A DNA stretch of 64,000 nucleotides from an uncultured Desulfobacteraceae bacterium (GCA_964442705.1 CAYUAQ010000003.1:102-64101), one strand, 5' to 3'; shown: positions 10,472-20,954, counted from the first letter of the stretch. The notes: generated from the letters alone by a model not told the origin. Translations and numbers: made by a program.

Positions 10472-11113
10472 TTAGGCGAAAAATGAAATGTAAATCGGCA
10501 GAAACCCGAACCCGATACCGAAAACCAGGCTGATGATGGTGCCCGCGATCATGATGGCCGGCATGTACTTGGGATGGTTGAGGCCCAGGGTCTGGAAGAG
10601 ACTCCAGAATCCGTGGCTGACGTGCAGCGCTACCACCACCATGGCAAAGATGTAGATGGCGACGATGAGCGGATCGGCAAAGGCGTGGGAGACGATCTCG
10701 AAAATCGTGGTGCCGGACTTGTCCACGAAGCTGAAATTGGCCAGGTGAAAGATGACGAACAGCAGGATCAGGAGCCCAGTATACGGCATGGTGGCCGACC
10801 CGATGGTGCGGCCGCCGCCGCTTTTGTTGACACGGTAGCGCCGGGGGCGGGCGGCCAGGTTCTGGATGAAGAGGATCGTGCCGGTGAGGATGTGCACCAG
10901 GGCCAGGGCCAGCAGAATCCATTCGGCCATCGCCAGCACGGGGCCCAGGGAGTGGAGCTTCTCGGCATAGGTGTTGAACGCCTCCGGCCCCCCATATATG
11001 GAGAGGTTGCCGGCCAGGTGAAGGGTCAGAAAACCGATAAACGAAAGTCCCGTGACCGCCATCATCAGCTTTTTGCCAATGGAAGTCCCCAGGGTGTGGG
11101 TCAGCCAGTTCAT
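10472..11113 (-). CDS. sdhC: Succinate dehydrogenase cytochrome b subunit (b558-type, 5 TM)
   Basis: 213 aa polytopic membrane protein directly upstream of sdhA, in the type-B sdhCAB arrangement. Confidence 0.75.
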   Translation of the reverse strand: MNWLTHTLGTSIGKKLMMAVTGLSFIGFLTLHLAGNLSIYGGPEAFNTYAEKLHSLGPVLAMAEWILLALALVHILTGTILFIQNLAARPRRYRVNKSGGGRTIGSATMPYTGLLILLFVIFHLANFSFVDKSGTTIFEIVSHAFADPLIVAIYIFAMVVVALHVSHGFWSLFQTLGLNHPKYMPAIMIAGTIISLVFGIGFGFLPIYISFFA

Positions 11114-11175
11114 CGCATCCTCCGGTGGGCATGGGGGAAAACAGATCCCGGTTACATTTGGAAAAAAATCAAAAA

Positions 11176-11751
11176 CTATTTTATTCGCCCATGGCTGTCA
11201 ATGAGATTTTTGTGCCACCAGCGGCTGGAGTCCCTGTCCAGTATGTCTCTGGCCAGCTTTTTGCCGGTGGGTGTTTTGAGCCGGTCACAGGCTGTTGAGA
11301 GCCATCCCCGTACCGGGCGGTAACCGCTTTCCCCGATGGGCTTTAAATCCAGGATCAGGGCCAGTTGGTCGGCGTCATATGCCAGGCGCGACTCCAGGGT
11401 GTGCTGACCATTGAATTCTTCTATAAGGTCCGTCAGCAGCGTTCCGAAGGGGACATCCGCCGCCATGTCGGCCACGGCCCTGCTTTCATCGGATGTGGTG
11501 TAGAGCCGCTGGAAGTAGTTGATGTCTCCGGTTCGGGATTCGGGCAGGTCGTGTACCAGCGCCAGGCTTATCAACCGGAGAGAATCGGCTTCAGGATTCA
11601 GCTGGGCCATCACGAAGGCGATGAAAGCGACGGAAAAGGAGTGTTCGGCGACGGATTCGCTGCCCCGGCCGAGAAAGGCGTATCCGGAGCGGTGAAGGCG
11701 TTTCAGGAAACAGGCTTCATACAGGAGATCGGCAATTGATTTCGCATTCAT
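11176..11751 (-). CDS. HD-domain phosphohydrolase (YfbR-like)
   Basis: Contains the H...HD (VHDLPE) motif. Start set at ATG 11751 because the longer ORF overlaps the upstream regulator gene. Confidence 0.7.
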   Translation of the reverse strand: MNAKSIADLLYEACFLKRLHRSGYAFLGRGSESVAEHSFSVAFIAFVMAQLNPEADSLRLISLALVHDLPESRTGDINYFQRLYTTSDESRAVADMAADVPFGTLLTDLIEEFNGQHTLESRLAYDADQLALILDLKPIGESGYRPVRGWLSTACDRLKTPTGKKLARDILDRDSSRWWHKNLIDSHGRIK

Positions 11752-11767
11752 GGGCAGGCAGGCAGGC

Positions 11768-13120
11768 TCAGTCCAGGTGTTTGACATCGATTCCGTATTT
11801 CTTGATCTTGTAGTGAATGGCCCGGCGGCTGATACCCAACAGGCTGGCAGCATCCTTTTGGACACCCCCGCTGCGGCGCAGGGCTCTCACGATGGTCTGG
11901 CGCTCGTTGTCTTCCAGCGAAAGGGTGTCCGGCTCTGTCTGCCTGGGCAGCGACCTCTGCTCGGGCAACCCTCCCAGTTGAATGTCCTCTTTGCGCAGCA
12001 CACCGTCCCGGCACAGCACAATACCGGCTTCCAGGGCGTTCTTGAGTTCACGTACGTTTCCGGGCCACGGGTAGGCCGACAGCCACTTGATCGTTTCGGA
12101 CGGCAGTTTGACAGGTGATATTTCATGGATGTTGCAGAAATTTTCCGCAAACCGGTGTGCCAGCAGGGGGATGTCTTCACGCCGGTCCCTGAGGGGAGGG
12201 ACCGTCAGCGTGACCACCCGCAGACGGTAGTACAGGTCTTCACGAAACTTGCCGGTGCCGATGTCTTCTACGAGGTCCGCGTTGGTGGCTGATATGATGC
12301 GGCAGTCTACGTCGGATTCTTCCAGGCTGCCTATCTTGCGGATCTTGCGTTCTTCGATGAAGCGCAGCAGGCGGGTCTGCATCTCGGGTGAAACATTTCC
12401 GATCTCGTCGAGGAAGAGGGTGCCGCCATCGGCGGATTCGATCAGGCCCTTCTTGTCGCGGATGGCATGGGTAAAAGACCCCTTGACATGGCCGAACAGT
12501 TCGCTTTCCAGCAGGCCCGTGGGTGTCGCGCCACAGTCGACCACCACGAAGGGGTCGGCGCTGCGATGGCTCATCTGATGGATCAAGCGCGCAATGCGCT
12601 CCTTGCCCACGCCGCTCTCTCCCAGGATGAGTACGTTGACGTCGCTGGCGGCCACGCGTTCGGCCAGATCGTAAAGTTGCTTCATGCCGGCGCTGTTGAC
12701 TTTTTCCAGGCAGGCCGTCGAGGTTTTCGGTTGCTTGTCTTCCGTCATGGAAGCGTCGACCCGGATACGCTTCAGCTTGCGGATCAGCTCCTGTCCGTCG
12801 AAGGGCTTGGTCAGGTAGTCGATGGCTCCCGATTTTACCGCCGCCACGGCATCGGGTATGGTGCCGTAAGCCGTCAGCAGGATCACAGGCAGTTGCGAAT
12901 GCATGCGGCGCGCTTCGGTGAGCAGCTGCAAGCCCCCCATCTCCGGCATCTTGACATCGGAAACCATGACGTCCACCCGTTGGGTGGCCAGGATCTGAAG
13001 GGCCCGGGCGCCTCCCTCGGCCCGGTACACCTCGAAACCGGCGGAGGTCAGGCGTGCTTCAATGACCTCCAGTACGTGGTGGTCATCGTCGACCACCAGA
13101 ATGTGTTGCGCTGTTCCCAT
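11768..13120 (-). CDS. Sigma-54-dependent response regulator (receiver + AAA+ + Fis-type HTH)
   Basis: 450 aa. Receiver ILVVDDD...D. Walker A GESGVGKE. GAFTGA-equivalent loop (GSFTHA). C-terminal HTH AASLLGISRRAIHYKIKKY. Confidence 0.9.
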   Translation of the reverse strand: MGTAQHILVVDDDHHVLEVIEARLTSAGFEVYRAEGGARALQILATQRVDVMVSDVKMPEMGGLQLLTEARRMHSQLPVILLTAYGTIPDAVAAVKSGAIDYLTKPFDGQELIRKLKRIRVDASMTEDKQPKTSTACLEKVNSAGMKQLYDLAERVAASDVNVLILGESGVGKERIARLIHQMSHRSADPFVVVDCGATPTGLLESELFGHVKGSFTHAIRDKKGLIESADGGTLFLDEIGNVSPEMQTRLLRFIEERKIRKIGSLEESDVDCRIISATNADLVEDIGTGKFREDLYYRLRVVTLTVPPLRDRREDIPLLAHRFAENFCNIHEISPVKLPSETIKWLSAYPWPGNVRELKNALEAGIVLCRDGVLRKEDIQLGGLPEQRSLPRQTEPDTLSLEDNERQTIVRALRRSGGVQKDAASLLGISRRAIHYKIKKYGIDVKHLD

Positions 13121-13158
13121 ATCAGCTGAAAATTTTCACTTTCGCACATCCCGCTTCA

Positions 13159-13875
13159 TCAGGGGGATGAAAGTTCCTTCTTTTTTTCCAGAATCTTCTT
13201 GTCGATGGCTTCCAGGCTGTTGATTTTGTGTTTGAGGTTCCAGATTTCCTGCTGCAACTCGGCGGTGTAATCCACATAGTAACGCAGCAGTTGTTTCTGG
13301 GCTTCCATGTTGCCGAGGCGGGTTTTCAGTTCTCTGATTTTGTCCTGACAGGCCTGGTAGCGCTTCATCGGCACGGCATCGGACTGCCGGGTCGACTGTT
13401 TTTTCTCTGGGGGCGGTTTTCTCACGACCGCAGGGGGCGAAAGGCGGGCCAACAGCGGCGCCAGCATGCGCGGGTCTTCGGACCGGTATTTCAGTGGCAC
13501 CTGGCGGCTCCAGGTTCGCCACTGTGACAGGGCGGCCGTATACTCCGAGGGGTTTTCGGCCAGTGCCAGACGGGTGCAGGACAGACCATACAGCGCCTTT
13601 CTGGCGATGCGTGGGTCGCTGGAGTGGCTCATTTGCTCAAATAATTTCCTGGCCCGGCGGTAATTGCCCGTCTGAAACGCTTCGATACCCAGGTCGAGCG
13701 TATGTCGATCTTCTGCCGCTTCCACCGTCCGGTTTCCGTCCGGGGGTTCGGGAGCAGGGACGGCACAGCCGGAGGCCACCAGGAGCAGCGCCGCCGCAAA
13801 GAACACGAGGGCACGGCTTTGCCGGCCGGCAGTGAGGCAGGGTTGTTTTATTGATACAGGCTGGAGGCGTTTCAT
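13159..13875 (-). CDS. Lipoprotein with TPR-like helix pair and C-terminal coiled coil
   Basis: Lipobox LLVASGC. Sits between the kinase and regulator genes of one apparent operon. Confidence 0.55.
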   Translation of the reverse strand: MKRLQPVSIKQPCLTAGRQSRALVFFAAALLLVASGCAVPAPEPPDGNRTVEAAEDRHTLDLGIEAFQTGNYRRARKLFEQMSHSSDPRIARKALYGLSCTRLALAENPSEYTAALSQWRTWSRQVPLKYRSEDPRMLAPLLARLSPPAVVRKPPPEKKQSTRQSDAVPMKRYQACQDKIRELKTRLGNMEAQKQLLRYYVDYTAELQQEIWNLKHKINSLEAIDKKILEKKKELSSP

Positions 13876-13971
13876 AGGTGTACGTTTCCCGCTGGCGGTT
13901 ATGGTGTTCTGATCATACGGCCCATAAGGGGTTCGGCTGACACCGATGACGGCTGCAATCGGGGCTGTGGT

Positions 13972-15426
13972 TCAGGCAGCCCCCTCCTGTACGGATTTGC
14001 CGGGCAGCGTAAAGCAGAATGCGCTGCCCCGGCCGACACGACTTTTCACCCACAGCGTACCCCCGTGGGCTTCGACCATTATTTTGGTAATGCTGAGCCC
14101 CAGGCCGACCCCATCCATCTGATTGCGGAAGCTGGCGCCGCGGTAATACTTATTGAAGATGAGCTTCTGCTCATCTTCTGAAATGCCGGGCCCGTTGTCT
14201 ACCACACAGATCTCTATCCCCCCGTTTGTGATCTGCTGCACCCTGACTTCGATCGCCCCTCCATTTTGACAGAATTTTACGGCGTTTCCCAACAGATTGA
14301 GCAGTGTCTGCTGCAGCGCTTCGGGGTCCCCCGTTATTTTGGGGAGCTGTGGAGGGGCTGCCAGCCTGACACGGATCTCCTTCTGGGCGGCGGCTGGCTT
14401 GATTCGCTCGATGCAGCCGCTGATCAGAGGCAGAGGGGCGACGCTGCGGAGATCGATTTTGATGGCGTGGGACTCGAGCCGGGTTACCTGCATCAGGTGA
14501 TTCAGCAGGTCACTGATGCGGCCGATTTCTGAGCTGGCAATCTTTAAAAATTTCCTCTGGCGATCATTGATACTGCCCATGACCTCTTCGGCAATCATAT
14601 TCACCGATTCCCGGATCGATGTCAAGGGGGTTCTGATTTCGTGGCTCAGCATCGATATGAAATCCGCACGCATGTTCTCCTCTTCCTGCAGCCGCCGCGC
14701 CATTTCATTGAAGGCCCGTGCGACTTCGCCGAATTCGTCCCGGGAACTGATGGAAATCGGGCGGCCCAGATGCCCGCTGGAAACGGAGCGAATGCCCCGG
14801 GTCAGAATTCTCAGGGGGCGGATGGTGGAGTACACCAGAAAAAGACTCCACACCAGTCCCACCAGGGTGGACAGGGCCAGTCCGATCATGCCGGTTTTGA
14901 CGGCTGCCTGGCCGCGCCGGTTCAATTCCACGTTGTTGAGCACGATCTGTTCTTCGTTTCCGGCCTTGGCGCTGGTGATCATATCGATCCAGCGGTTGAT
15001 GGTTGCTTCCGGGAGCCACATGGTCCGGGGTGGGTTTTCCAAATTCAGCTCGCCGGTTTTTTCCATCATTTCACGGTAGCTCTGCGCCAGTTTTTGCCAA
15101 GTGCTCGGCGGCTTCCCGTCCGGCAGCGTCTGCAGGATATTTTCCAGGTTGGATTCGAATTCAGATTTTTCCAGCTGAAATCGTTCCAGGTATTCCTTCT
15201 TTTTAAGGAGCAGGTATTTTTTTTCAGCCTCTTCCATGTTGAGCAGGCTTTCGCTCATTTTCTTGGCGGCCGAGGAGATACGGTACTGTGTATTGACGAT
15301 CTTTTCGGTGACTTCCATCATGCGATGAATATTCAGGTACAGAGCTAGGATGGTGCCGTAGAAAATCAGCAGGAACACGAAGTACCAGCCGAACAGTTTG
15401 GCTCTGATGCCGGGGGCAAATCTCAT
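13972..15426 (-). CDS. Sensor histidine kinase (TM-sensor-TM-HAMP-HisKA-HATPase)
   Basis: 484 aa. H-box SHEIRTPLT. N, G1 and G2 boxes (NLLGNAVKF, DNGPGI, GVGLGL). Confidence 0.9.
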   Translation of the reverse strand: MRFAPGIRAKLFGWYFVFLLIFYGTILALYLNIHRMMEVTEKIVNTQYRISSAAKKMSESLLNMEEAEKKYLLLKKKEYLERFQLEKSEFESNLENILQTLPDGKPPSTWQKLAQSYREMMEKTGELNLENPPRTMWLPEATINRWIDMITSAKAGNEEQIVLNNVELNRRGQAAVKTGMIGLALSTLVGLVWSLFLVYSTIRPLRILTRGIRSVSSGHLGRPISISSRDEFGEVARAFNEMARRLQEEENMRADFISMLSHEIRTPLTSIRESVNMIAEEVMGSINDRQRKFLKIASSEIGRISDLLNHLMQVTRLESHAIKIDLRSVAPLPLISGCIERIKPAAAQKEIRVRLAAPPQLPKITGDPEALQQTLLNLLGNAVKFCQNGGAIEVRVQQITNGGIEICVVDNGPGISEDEQKLIFNKYYRGASFRNQMDGVGLGLSITKIMVEAHGGTLWVKSRVGRGSAFCFTLPGKSVQEGAA

Positions 15427-15521
15427 GGCTCGGTTTTATCCTGGAGAGTAGGATTGCAGACCAAAATGAACGGTTTTCTACCAGAACCAAGCTGCGAAGT
15501 CAAATCCGGCCGCCAAAGTCC

Positions 15522-15548
15522 TTGACACTCCGCGAACCGCCATAATAT
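15522..15548 (+). promoter_or_regulatory. Candidate sigma-70 promoter for the tol-pal operon
   Basis: TTGACA (15522-15527), 15-nt spacer, TAATAT. About 100 nt upstream of the tolQ ATG. Spacer is shorter than optimal. Confidence 0.35.
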
Positions 15549-15648
15549 AGGTACACGATTATTTTATCCTAGACCGTCTCTGACAGGCGCAGGCGCTTAC
15601 GGATCGGTTCGGTTGTTGCCGTTACAATCATTTTTTCACGGAGTTTTT

Positions 15649-16365
15649 ATGCCTCAAGACATAAGTATTTTCAGTATGATCAGTCATTCCGGCCCCATGG
15701 TTCTTTTCGTGTTGCTGGTGCTGGTGTTTTTTTCCGTGGCCTCCTGGGCGGTTATTCTGATAAAATACAATTTCATTCGCAAGGCCTTTCGCGAGTCGGC
15801 GTTGTTTACCGACTTCTTCTGGAAGAGTCGGGATTTGTCCGATGCCTTCACCAAATCCAAACAGTTGCGCAACAGCCCGATTGCCAGAGTTTTCCGTATC
15901 GGATACGTCGAACTTCGCAAGGTCAGCCAGACCGCCAGAGCTTCAAATGCCGATTCTCCCGATCGGGAGGCCGGATGGCAGAGCCGCTCCACGGGTATGG
16001 ACAACATCAAGCGGGCGCTGCGGCGGGCTACCAGCACCGAAGTTATCCGCATGACCCAACTGGTGCCTTTTCTGGCCACCACGGGAAATACCACGCCGTT
16101 CATAGGGCTGTTCGGCACCGTCTGGGGCATTATGAACTCATTTCATGGTATCGGCCTGCGCGGGTCGGCCAGTCTGGCCGTGGTTGCACCGGGAATCTCG
16201 GAGGCCCTGATCGCCACGGCCGCCGGTCTGGCGGCGGCCATACCGGCCGTAATCGCCTTCAACTATTTCATGCAGAAGATACGCATACTCGAAGCCGAAC
16301 TGCAGAGTTTTTCCGCCGATTTTTTAAATATCATTGAACGCGATATCATGCGTGCCAATGCCTGA
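15649..16365 (+). CDS. tolQ: Tol-Pal system protein TolQ (MotA/TolQ/ExbB proton channel)
   Basis: 3-TM MotA/ExbB-type sequence, first gene of tolQRAB-pal. ATG at 15649 preferred over the TTG at 15613. Confidence 0.9.
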   Translation: MPQDISIFSMISHSGPMVLFVLLVLVFFSVASWAVILIKYNFIRKAFRESALFTDFFWKSRDLSDAFTKSKQLRNSPIARVFRIGYVELRKVSQTARASNADSPDREAGWQSRSTGMDNIKRALRRATSTEVIRMTQLVPFLATTGNTTPFIGLFGTVWGIMNSFHGIGLRGSASLAVVAPGISEALIATAAGLAAAIPAVIAFNYFMQKIRILEAELQSFSADFLNIIERDIMRANA

Positions 16366-16376
16366 AGGGATCTTCC

Positions 16377-16790
16377 ATGGCCATAGAAACCAACTCCGAC
16401 CGGCTGATGGCCGATATCAACGTGACGCCGCTGGTGGATGTCATGCTGGTGCTGCTCATCATCTTCATGGTAACCGCGCCCATGATGATGCAGGGCGTCG
16501 ATGTCTCCCTGCCCCAGACCACTTCAGAGCCGCTTAAATCGGAACAGGAACATATCATCATCACAATTAATCAAGACGCTAAAATTTTCATCAACGATTT
16601 TGAGGTATCCGTCGATTTTCTCGGTGAGAAACTGACCCGCATCCTGGCTGGCAGAAGTGACAAACAGGTGTATCTACGGGCAGATAAGAACATTCCATAC
16701 GGAATCGTGGCCCAGGTGATGGCCGCCATTCAGGGGGCCGGGGTCACCAGCCTGGGAATGGTCACCGAACCGCCGCCCAAGAAAAAGTAA
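16377..16790 (+). CDS. tolR: Tol-Pal system protein TolR (ExbD/TolR)
   Basis: 137 aa. INVTPLVDVMLVLLIIFM with the conserved Asp in the TM helix. Confidence 0.9.
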   Translation: MAIETNSDRLMADINVTPLVDVMLVLLIIFMVTAPMMMQGVDVSLPQTTSEPLKSEQEHIIITINQDAKIFINDFEVSVDFLGEKLTRILAGRSDKQVYLRADKNIPYGIVAQVMAAIQGAGVTSLGMVTEPPPKKK

Positions 16791-16820
16791 CCACCGAAAC
16801 TATCCGTATCCGACACTTTC

Positions 16821-17738
16821 ATGAAGGACCAGCCAAGGGCCCACGCATACTTTCTTTACGGCTCTGATGCCGAACGGCGGACATGGTACAAATTCTTTAC
16901 CATTTCCCTGCTGCTCCACGTGATCCTTTTCGCAGCCGTGCTGTTCATGCCCGATTTCAGCTCCAGGGGTCGCCCCTATACGCCAACGGTGATGAATGTG
17001 CGCATGGTCACGCTGAACGCGGAGCCGTCGGCCCCGCCCGGGCCGCCGGCGCCCAAGCCGGCCAAAAAGGAGGCTCCGCCACCGGTGCCCGAACCGGTTG
17101 AAAAGGCCAAAAAAGAAAAAAAAGTGCCGGTCCCTGAAAAAGAAGCGGTGGTAGAAGCCAAGCCGCAGCCCAAACCCGAAATATCACTGGCGCCCAAGAA
17201 GATAAAACCCAAAACCTCACTCAAAAAAAAGACTTACCAACCCGAAAAGGTGGTTAAAAGTGCCATTCGGAAACTCGAGAAAAAAACCAAAGAACCGACG
17301 TCCCGCAAGATTGAGAACGTTCTGGCACAACTGAAAAAAAAGGTGCAGCGTCAAGGGCCGCCCCGGCCTTCAAAACGGCCTGCTGCCGGGACCGGTGGCG
17401 GGGGATACGGCGGCACGCCTGGTGGAATGAGTGCCAAAGCGCTCAGTCACCTTGACATTTACAAGGCAGAAGTCGCCTATCAGATACAGAAACACTGGGC
17501 CTTCTCCGAGCAACTGGCGGGCAACGGCAGGAATCTGGAAGCGATACTGGTCATCAAAATACTGCCCAGCGGGGAAATTGCGGATATCTGGTTCGAAAAG
17601 CGTTCCGGCAACAAGTATCTGGACGATTCGGCCTATAAAGCCATCAAAAAGGCCAACCCGCTGCCCCGGCTGCCGGAAGGATATTTACGCCCCTTTTACA
17701 ACCTGGCGGTGCGTTTTACGCCCAAGGGGCTACGGTGA
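16821..17738 (+). CDS. tolA: Tol-Pal system protein TolA (TonB-C-type domain)
   Basis: N-terminal TM helix, a Pro/Lys/Glu/Ala-rich linker, and a C-terminal TonB/TolA-like domain. Positioned between tolR and tolB. Confidence 0.8.
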   Translation: MKDQPRAHAYFLYGSDAERRTWYKFFTISLLLHVILFAAVLFMPDFSSRGRPYTPTVMNVRMVTLNAEPSAPPGPPAPKPAKKEAPPPVPEPVEKAKKEKKVPVPEKEAVVEAKPQPKPEISLAPKKIKPKTSLKKKTYQPEKVVKSAIRKLEKKTKEPTSRKIENVLAQLKKKVQRQGPPRPSKRPAAGTGGGGYGGTPGGMSAKALSHLDIYKAEVAYQIQKHWAFSEQLAGNGRNLEAILVIKILPSGEIADIWFEKRSGNKYLDDSAYKAIKKANPLPRLPEGYLRPFYNLAVRFTPKGLR

Positions 17739-17759
17739 GTTGAAAGGAAGGAAGAATCT

Positions 17760-19085
17760 ATGAGATGCCTCCATAAAACGGCCGCGTGTCTGGCGTTGGC
17801 CCTCTTTCTGGCTGTGGTGCCGGGCGTCTGCCTGGCCGGCTACGACTATGTAGACATCAGCAACCCGTTTCTGCGCAAGATTCCCATCGCAGTTCCCCAG
17901 TTCAAGGCTTTTTCCGGCACCGCCGAAGAGCTGCAGCTTGCCCGCGGTTCTTCGCAGCTGCTCTCCGACACCCTGGCGTTTACCGGTTATTTCAAGATAC
18001 TCGATCCGGCTGCTTTTCTTTTCGATCCCCAGAAGGACGGCATCGTGGCGCCCAGGATCAGCTTCAAGAACTGGACGACGGTGGGGGCCGAGTTGCTGGT
18101 CACCGGTGGCATCGTGCAGACGGCCGATCTGGTGGAAATGGAGCTGCGCCTCTATGACACCTTCAAGGAGAAGCTGCTGCTGGGAAAACGGTACAAGGGC
18201 CAGGTTGCCGACCAGCGCCGGATGATCCGCCGTTTCTGCTCGGAGGTGATTTTCAAGCTGACCGGACGGCGCGGTATTTTCGGCAGCAAGATCGCCTTTG
18301 TGTCCACGGCTTCGGGCAATAAGGAGATTTATATCTGCGATTTTGACGGGTACCGACCCCGCAAGTTCACCAACAACAAGAGCATCAATTTGACCCCCAT
18401 GTGGTCGTCGGATGGTAAGTGGATCGCCTATACCTCCTATGCCAAGGGCAATCCCGACCTGTACATCAAAAATGTGCGCGAAAAGCGCGGCACCGTGGTG
18501 GCGCGCAGGGGAATCAACATCTCTCCCTGTTGGGTGCCGGGCAAGTTCGAACTGTCGGCCACATTGTCCTTTACCGGTGATCAGGAAATTTATCTGTTGA
18601 CCGGAAGGGGAAAAATTATTAAGAAACTGACCAACAACCGGGGGATCGACGTATCTGCCTCATGGTCGCCGGACGGAAAAAAAATGGCCTTCGTATCCAA
18701 ACGCTCCGGAACCCCCCAGATCTACATCAAGGATATCGTCACCGGTGAAATCCGTCGACTAACCTATGAGGGAAAACACAATACCCAGCCGAACTGGTCG
18801 CCCAGAGGAGATCGGATAGTATACACCGCCTTCACGGATGGGGAGATCAACATTCGTGTCATCGGCGTTGACGGCAACGGACTGATGCAGCTCACCGAGG
18901 GACAGGGGGACAACGAATCGCCCTCCTGGTCACCGGACGGCAGCCTGATCGTCTTCAGTTCGGACCGCGAGGGCGTGTCGCGGTTGTACGTGATGACCTC
19001 ATACGGAACCGATCAACGGCGACTGCTGGAGATGCCCGGTGAGCAGAGTGAACCGAACTGGTCACCCAATATTGAGGGGCCGTAG
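17760..19085 (+). CDS. tolB: Tol-Pal system beta-propeller protein TolB
   Basis: 441 aa. Signal peptide, and repeated WSPDG/WSSDG propeller blades. Confidence 0.95.
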   Translation: MRCLHKTAACLALALFLAVVPGVCLAGYDYVDISNPFLRKIPIAVPQFKAFSGTAEELQLARGSSQLLSDTLAFTGYFKILDPAAFLFDPQKDGIVAPRISFKNWTTVGAELLVTGGIVQTADLVEMELRLYDTFKEKLLLGKRYKGQVADQRRMIRRFCSEVIFKLTGRRGIFGSKIAFVSTASGNKEIYICDFDGYRPRKFTNNKSINLTPMWSSDGKWIAYTSYAKGNPDLYIKNVREKRGTVVARRGINISPCWVPGKFELSATLSFTGDQEIYLLTGRGKIIKKLTNNRGIDVSASWSPDGKKMAFVSKRSGTPQIYIKDIVTGEIRRLTYEGKHNTQPNWSPRGDRIVYTAFTDGEINIRVIGVDGNGLMQLTEGQGDNESPSWSPDGSLIVFSSDREGVSRLYVMTSYGTDQRRLLEMPGEQSEPNWSPNIEGP

Positions 19086-19242
19086 GGAGCGTGGATGTGC
19101 CCAACGGTTCCCGCGCGGAGTGTGCCGCAAAGCCGAAAGCGGATTGACCGGATTGTGCTGGACAGACCCACAACCCCGAGCACGACAACAGGAGGGGGAA
19201 GGGATCAACCTGTATACTTGATAGGCCAAAGGAGGAAATGAG

Positions 19243-19785
19243 ATGCGAAACAGAATGTGGATCACCCTTGCCCTGGTACTTGTTATTCCCGCGATGCTTT
19301 TCACGGCTTCCTGCGCTAAAAAAGCGGTAGGTCCGACGACCAAGGCGGAAAAGAAAATGACCGACGAGGCCGCCAAAAAAGCAGAGGAAGAGGCCGCCCG
19401 TCAGCGCGCCCTGGAAGAACAGCGGCTCAAAGAGGCCCGCCAGGCCAGAGAGGCGTTCGTCAATGAAATGATCCATTTTGCTTTTGACAGTTCCGCGCTG
19501 GATGCCGCGGCCCAGGATATCCTAAAGAAGAAAGCCGCCTACCTGCAGGCCAATCCGGATGTCCGTGTGGTTATCGAAGGCCACTGTGACGAACGCGGTA
19601 CCGTTGAATACAACCTGGCGCTGGGGGAAAGACGCGCCCAGGCCGCCAAGGCTTTCCTGGTGAATCTTGGCATCGATGCCAATCGGCTGGAAACCATCAG
19701 TTACGGGGAAGAGCGTCCCATCGATCCGGGCCATAACGAAGCCGCCTGGGCCAAGAACAGAAGGGACCAGTTCGTTATCAAGTAG
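19243..19785 (+). CDS. pal: Peptidoglycan-associated lipoprotein Pal (OmpA family)
   Basis: Lipobox FTASC. OmpA-C signature [20 protein letters not shown]. Confidence 0.95.
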   Translation: MRNRMWITLALVLVIPAMLFTASCAKKAVGPTTKAEKKMTDEAAKKAEEEAARQRALEEQRLKEARQAREAFVNEMIHFAFDSSALDAAAQDILKKKAAYLQANPDVRVVIEGHCDERGTVEYNLALGERRAQAAKAFLVNLGIDANRLETISYGEERPIDPGHNEAAWAKNRRDQFVIK

Positions 19786-20015
19786 GCCGCCTGTAAGTAG
19801 CGGGGGGTCTGAGCGTTACGGTCGTTTGAGAACACCCGAACGGCATTACCGGCTGTTGCCGCGGAATCTCGTCGCCAGCAGCCCCCAAAATCCACAGCCG
19901 TTGCCGCCTTTCGCCAGAGGGGATCGTTTTGCGGCGGGTGGCAACCGGCCTGTGGCGAGGCCGGATGGCCCGGTGGTTGGCCCACTGCATGGCGGAGAGG
20001 GGAGGCGCGTCAACG

Positions 20016-20849
20016 ATGAAATCGTTCTGTTGCATTGTCTTGATGGGGGTGCTGGCGCTGGCTGGTTGTGCCACCCAGACCGACATGTACAGCCTGGATG
20101 CGCGCCTGGCGGCACTGGAACAGCAGAATGTCGACCTGAAGAAGCGGCTCGAGAAGTTCGGCAGAGACCAGAGGACCACGGATCAAAAACTCAGAGACCA
20201 GACGGCGGTTCTGTATGCCACTCTGGACAAGGTGCAGGAGGATATCCGGTTGCTGAGCGGGCGACTGGATGAAACTGAGTATCTGCTTAAAAAACAGTTG
20301 AATGCCGTACGTAAATCCAGTTCCTCCGGTGAGCAGCAGGTCAAAACGGTGGAGGAGCGGCTGTCGGACTTGCAGCGTCGCATGGGGCGTATCGAGCAGT
20401 ACCTGAGTCTGGAAACGGCGGTGCCCGGCGTTGCCGGTGCAGTCCCCGCGGCGGCGGCCGTGCCCAAAAAGCGCAGCCTGTCGCAGAACGAGCTTTACGT
20501 GAAAGCCAAACAAACTTTTGACAACGGGGACTACCCCGGGGCCAGAAGTGCTTTCCAGGAATTTCTGAAGCGCTTTCCCAAAGCCAAGAATGCCGACAAT
20601 GCCCAATTCTGGATCGGTGAAACCTATTACCGTGAAAAATGGTATGAAAAAGCCATCCTCGAATACCAGAAAGTCATCGAAAATTATCCCAAGGGCAACA
20701 AAGTACCCGCGTCTCTCTTGAAGCAGGGCCTGGCTTTTTACAGCATGGGAGACAAAGCCAATGCCCGCTTGATCTTGAATGAGCTCATCACCAAATATCC
20801 GCATTCCCGGGAAGCCAAAATCGCCGCCAAGAAACTCAAGAGCTTCTGA
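20016..20849 (+). CDS. cpoB: Tol-Pal system protein CpoB/YbgF (coiled coil + TPR)
   Basis: Signal/lipobox LALAGCA, coiled-coil N-terminal half, C-terminal TPR (YbgF) region. Follows pal. Confidence 0.85.
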   Translation: MKSFCCIVLMGVLALAGCATQTDMYSLDARLAALEQQNVDLKKRLEKFGRDQRTTDQKLRDQTAVLYATLDKVQEDIRLLSGRLDETEYLLKKQLNAVRKSSSSGEQQVKTVEERLSDLQRRMGRIEQYLSLETAVPGVAGAVPAAAAVPKKRSLSQNELYVKAKQTFDNGDYPGARSAFQEFLKRFPKAKNADNAQFWIGETYYREKWYEKAILEYQKVIENYPKGNKVPASLLKQGLAFYSMGDKANARLILNELITKYPHSREAKIAAKKLKSF

Positions 20850-20954
20850 ACCGGTGGGCACCCTTATTCCCCGTTGGAAAGGGCCCATCGTCCGGGGTAC
20901 AGGGGCAACCCCGGTGATTTCTCCTTTTCCCGCCCCCGACTCACTGTATTTTCC

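Noticed and set aside
11752-11865. Longer start for the HD-domain gene (ORF track 11176..11865)
   Set aside because: It would overlap the 3' end of the upstream regulator gene by about 100 nt and adds non-homologous residues. ATG 11751 leaves a 16-nt gap and starts just before the conserved HD-domain region.
17116-17341. Four A8 runs inside tolA (possible slippage or frameshift sites)
   Set aside because: They encode the Lys-rich (AAA AAA) linker typical of TolA. The reading frame is intact and the linker is compositionally repetitive anyway.
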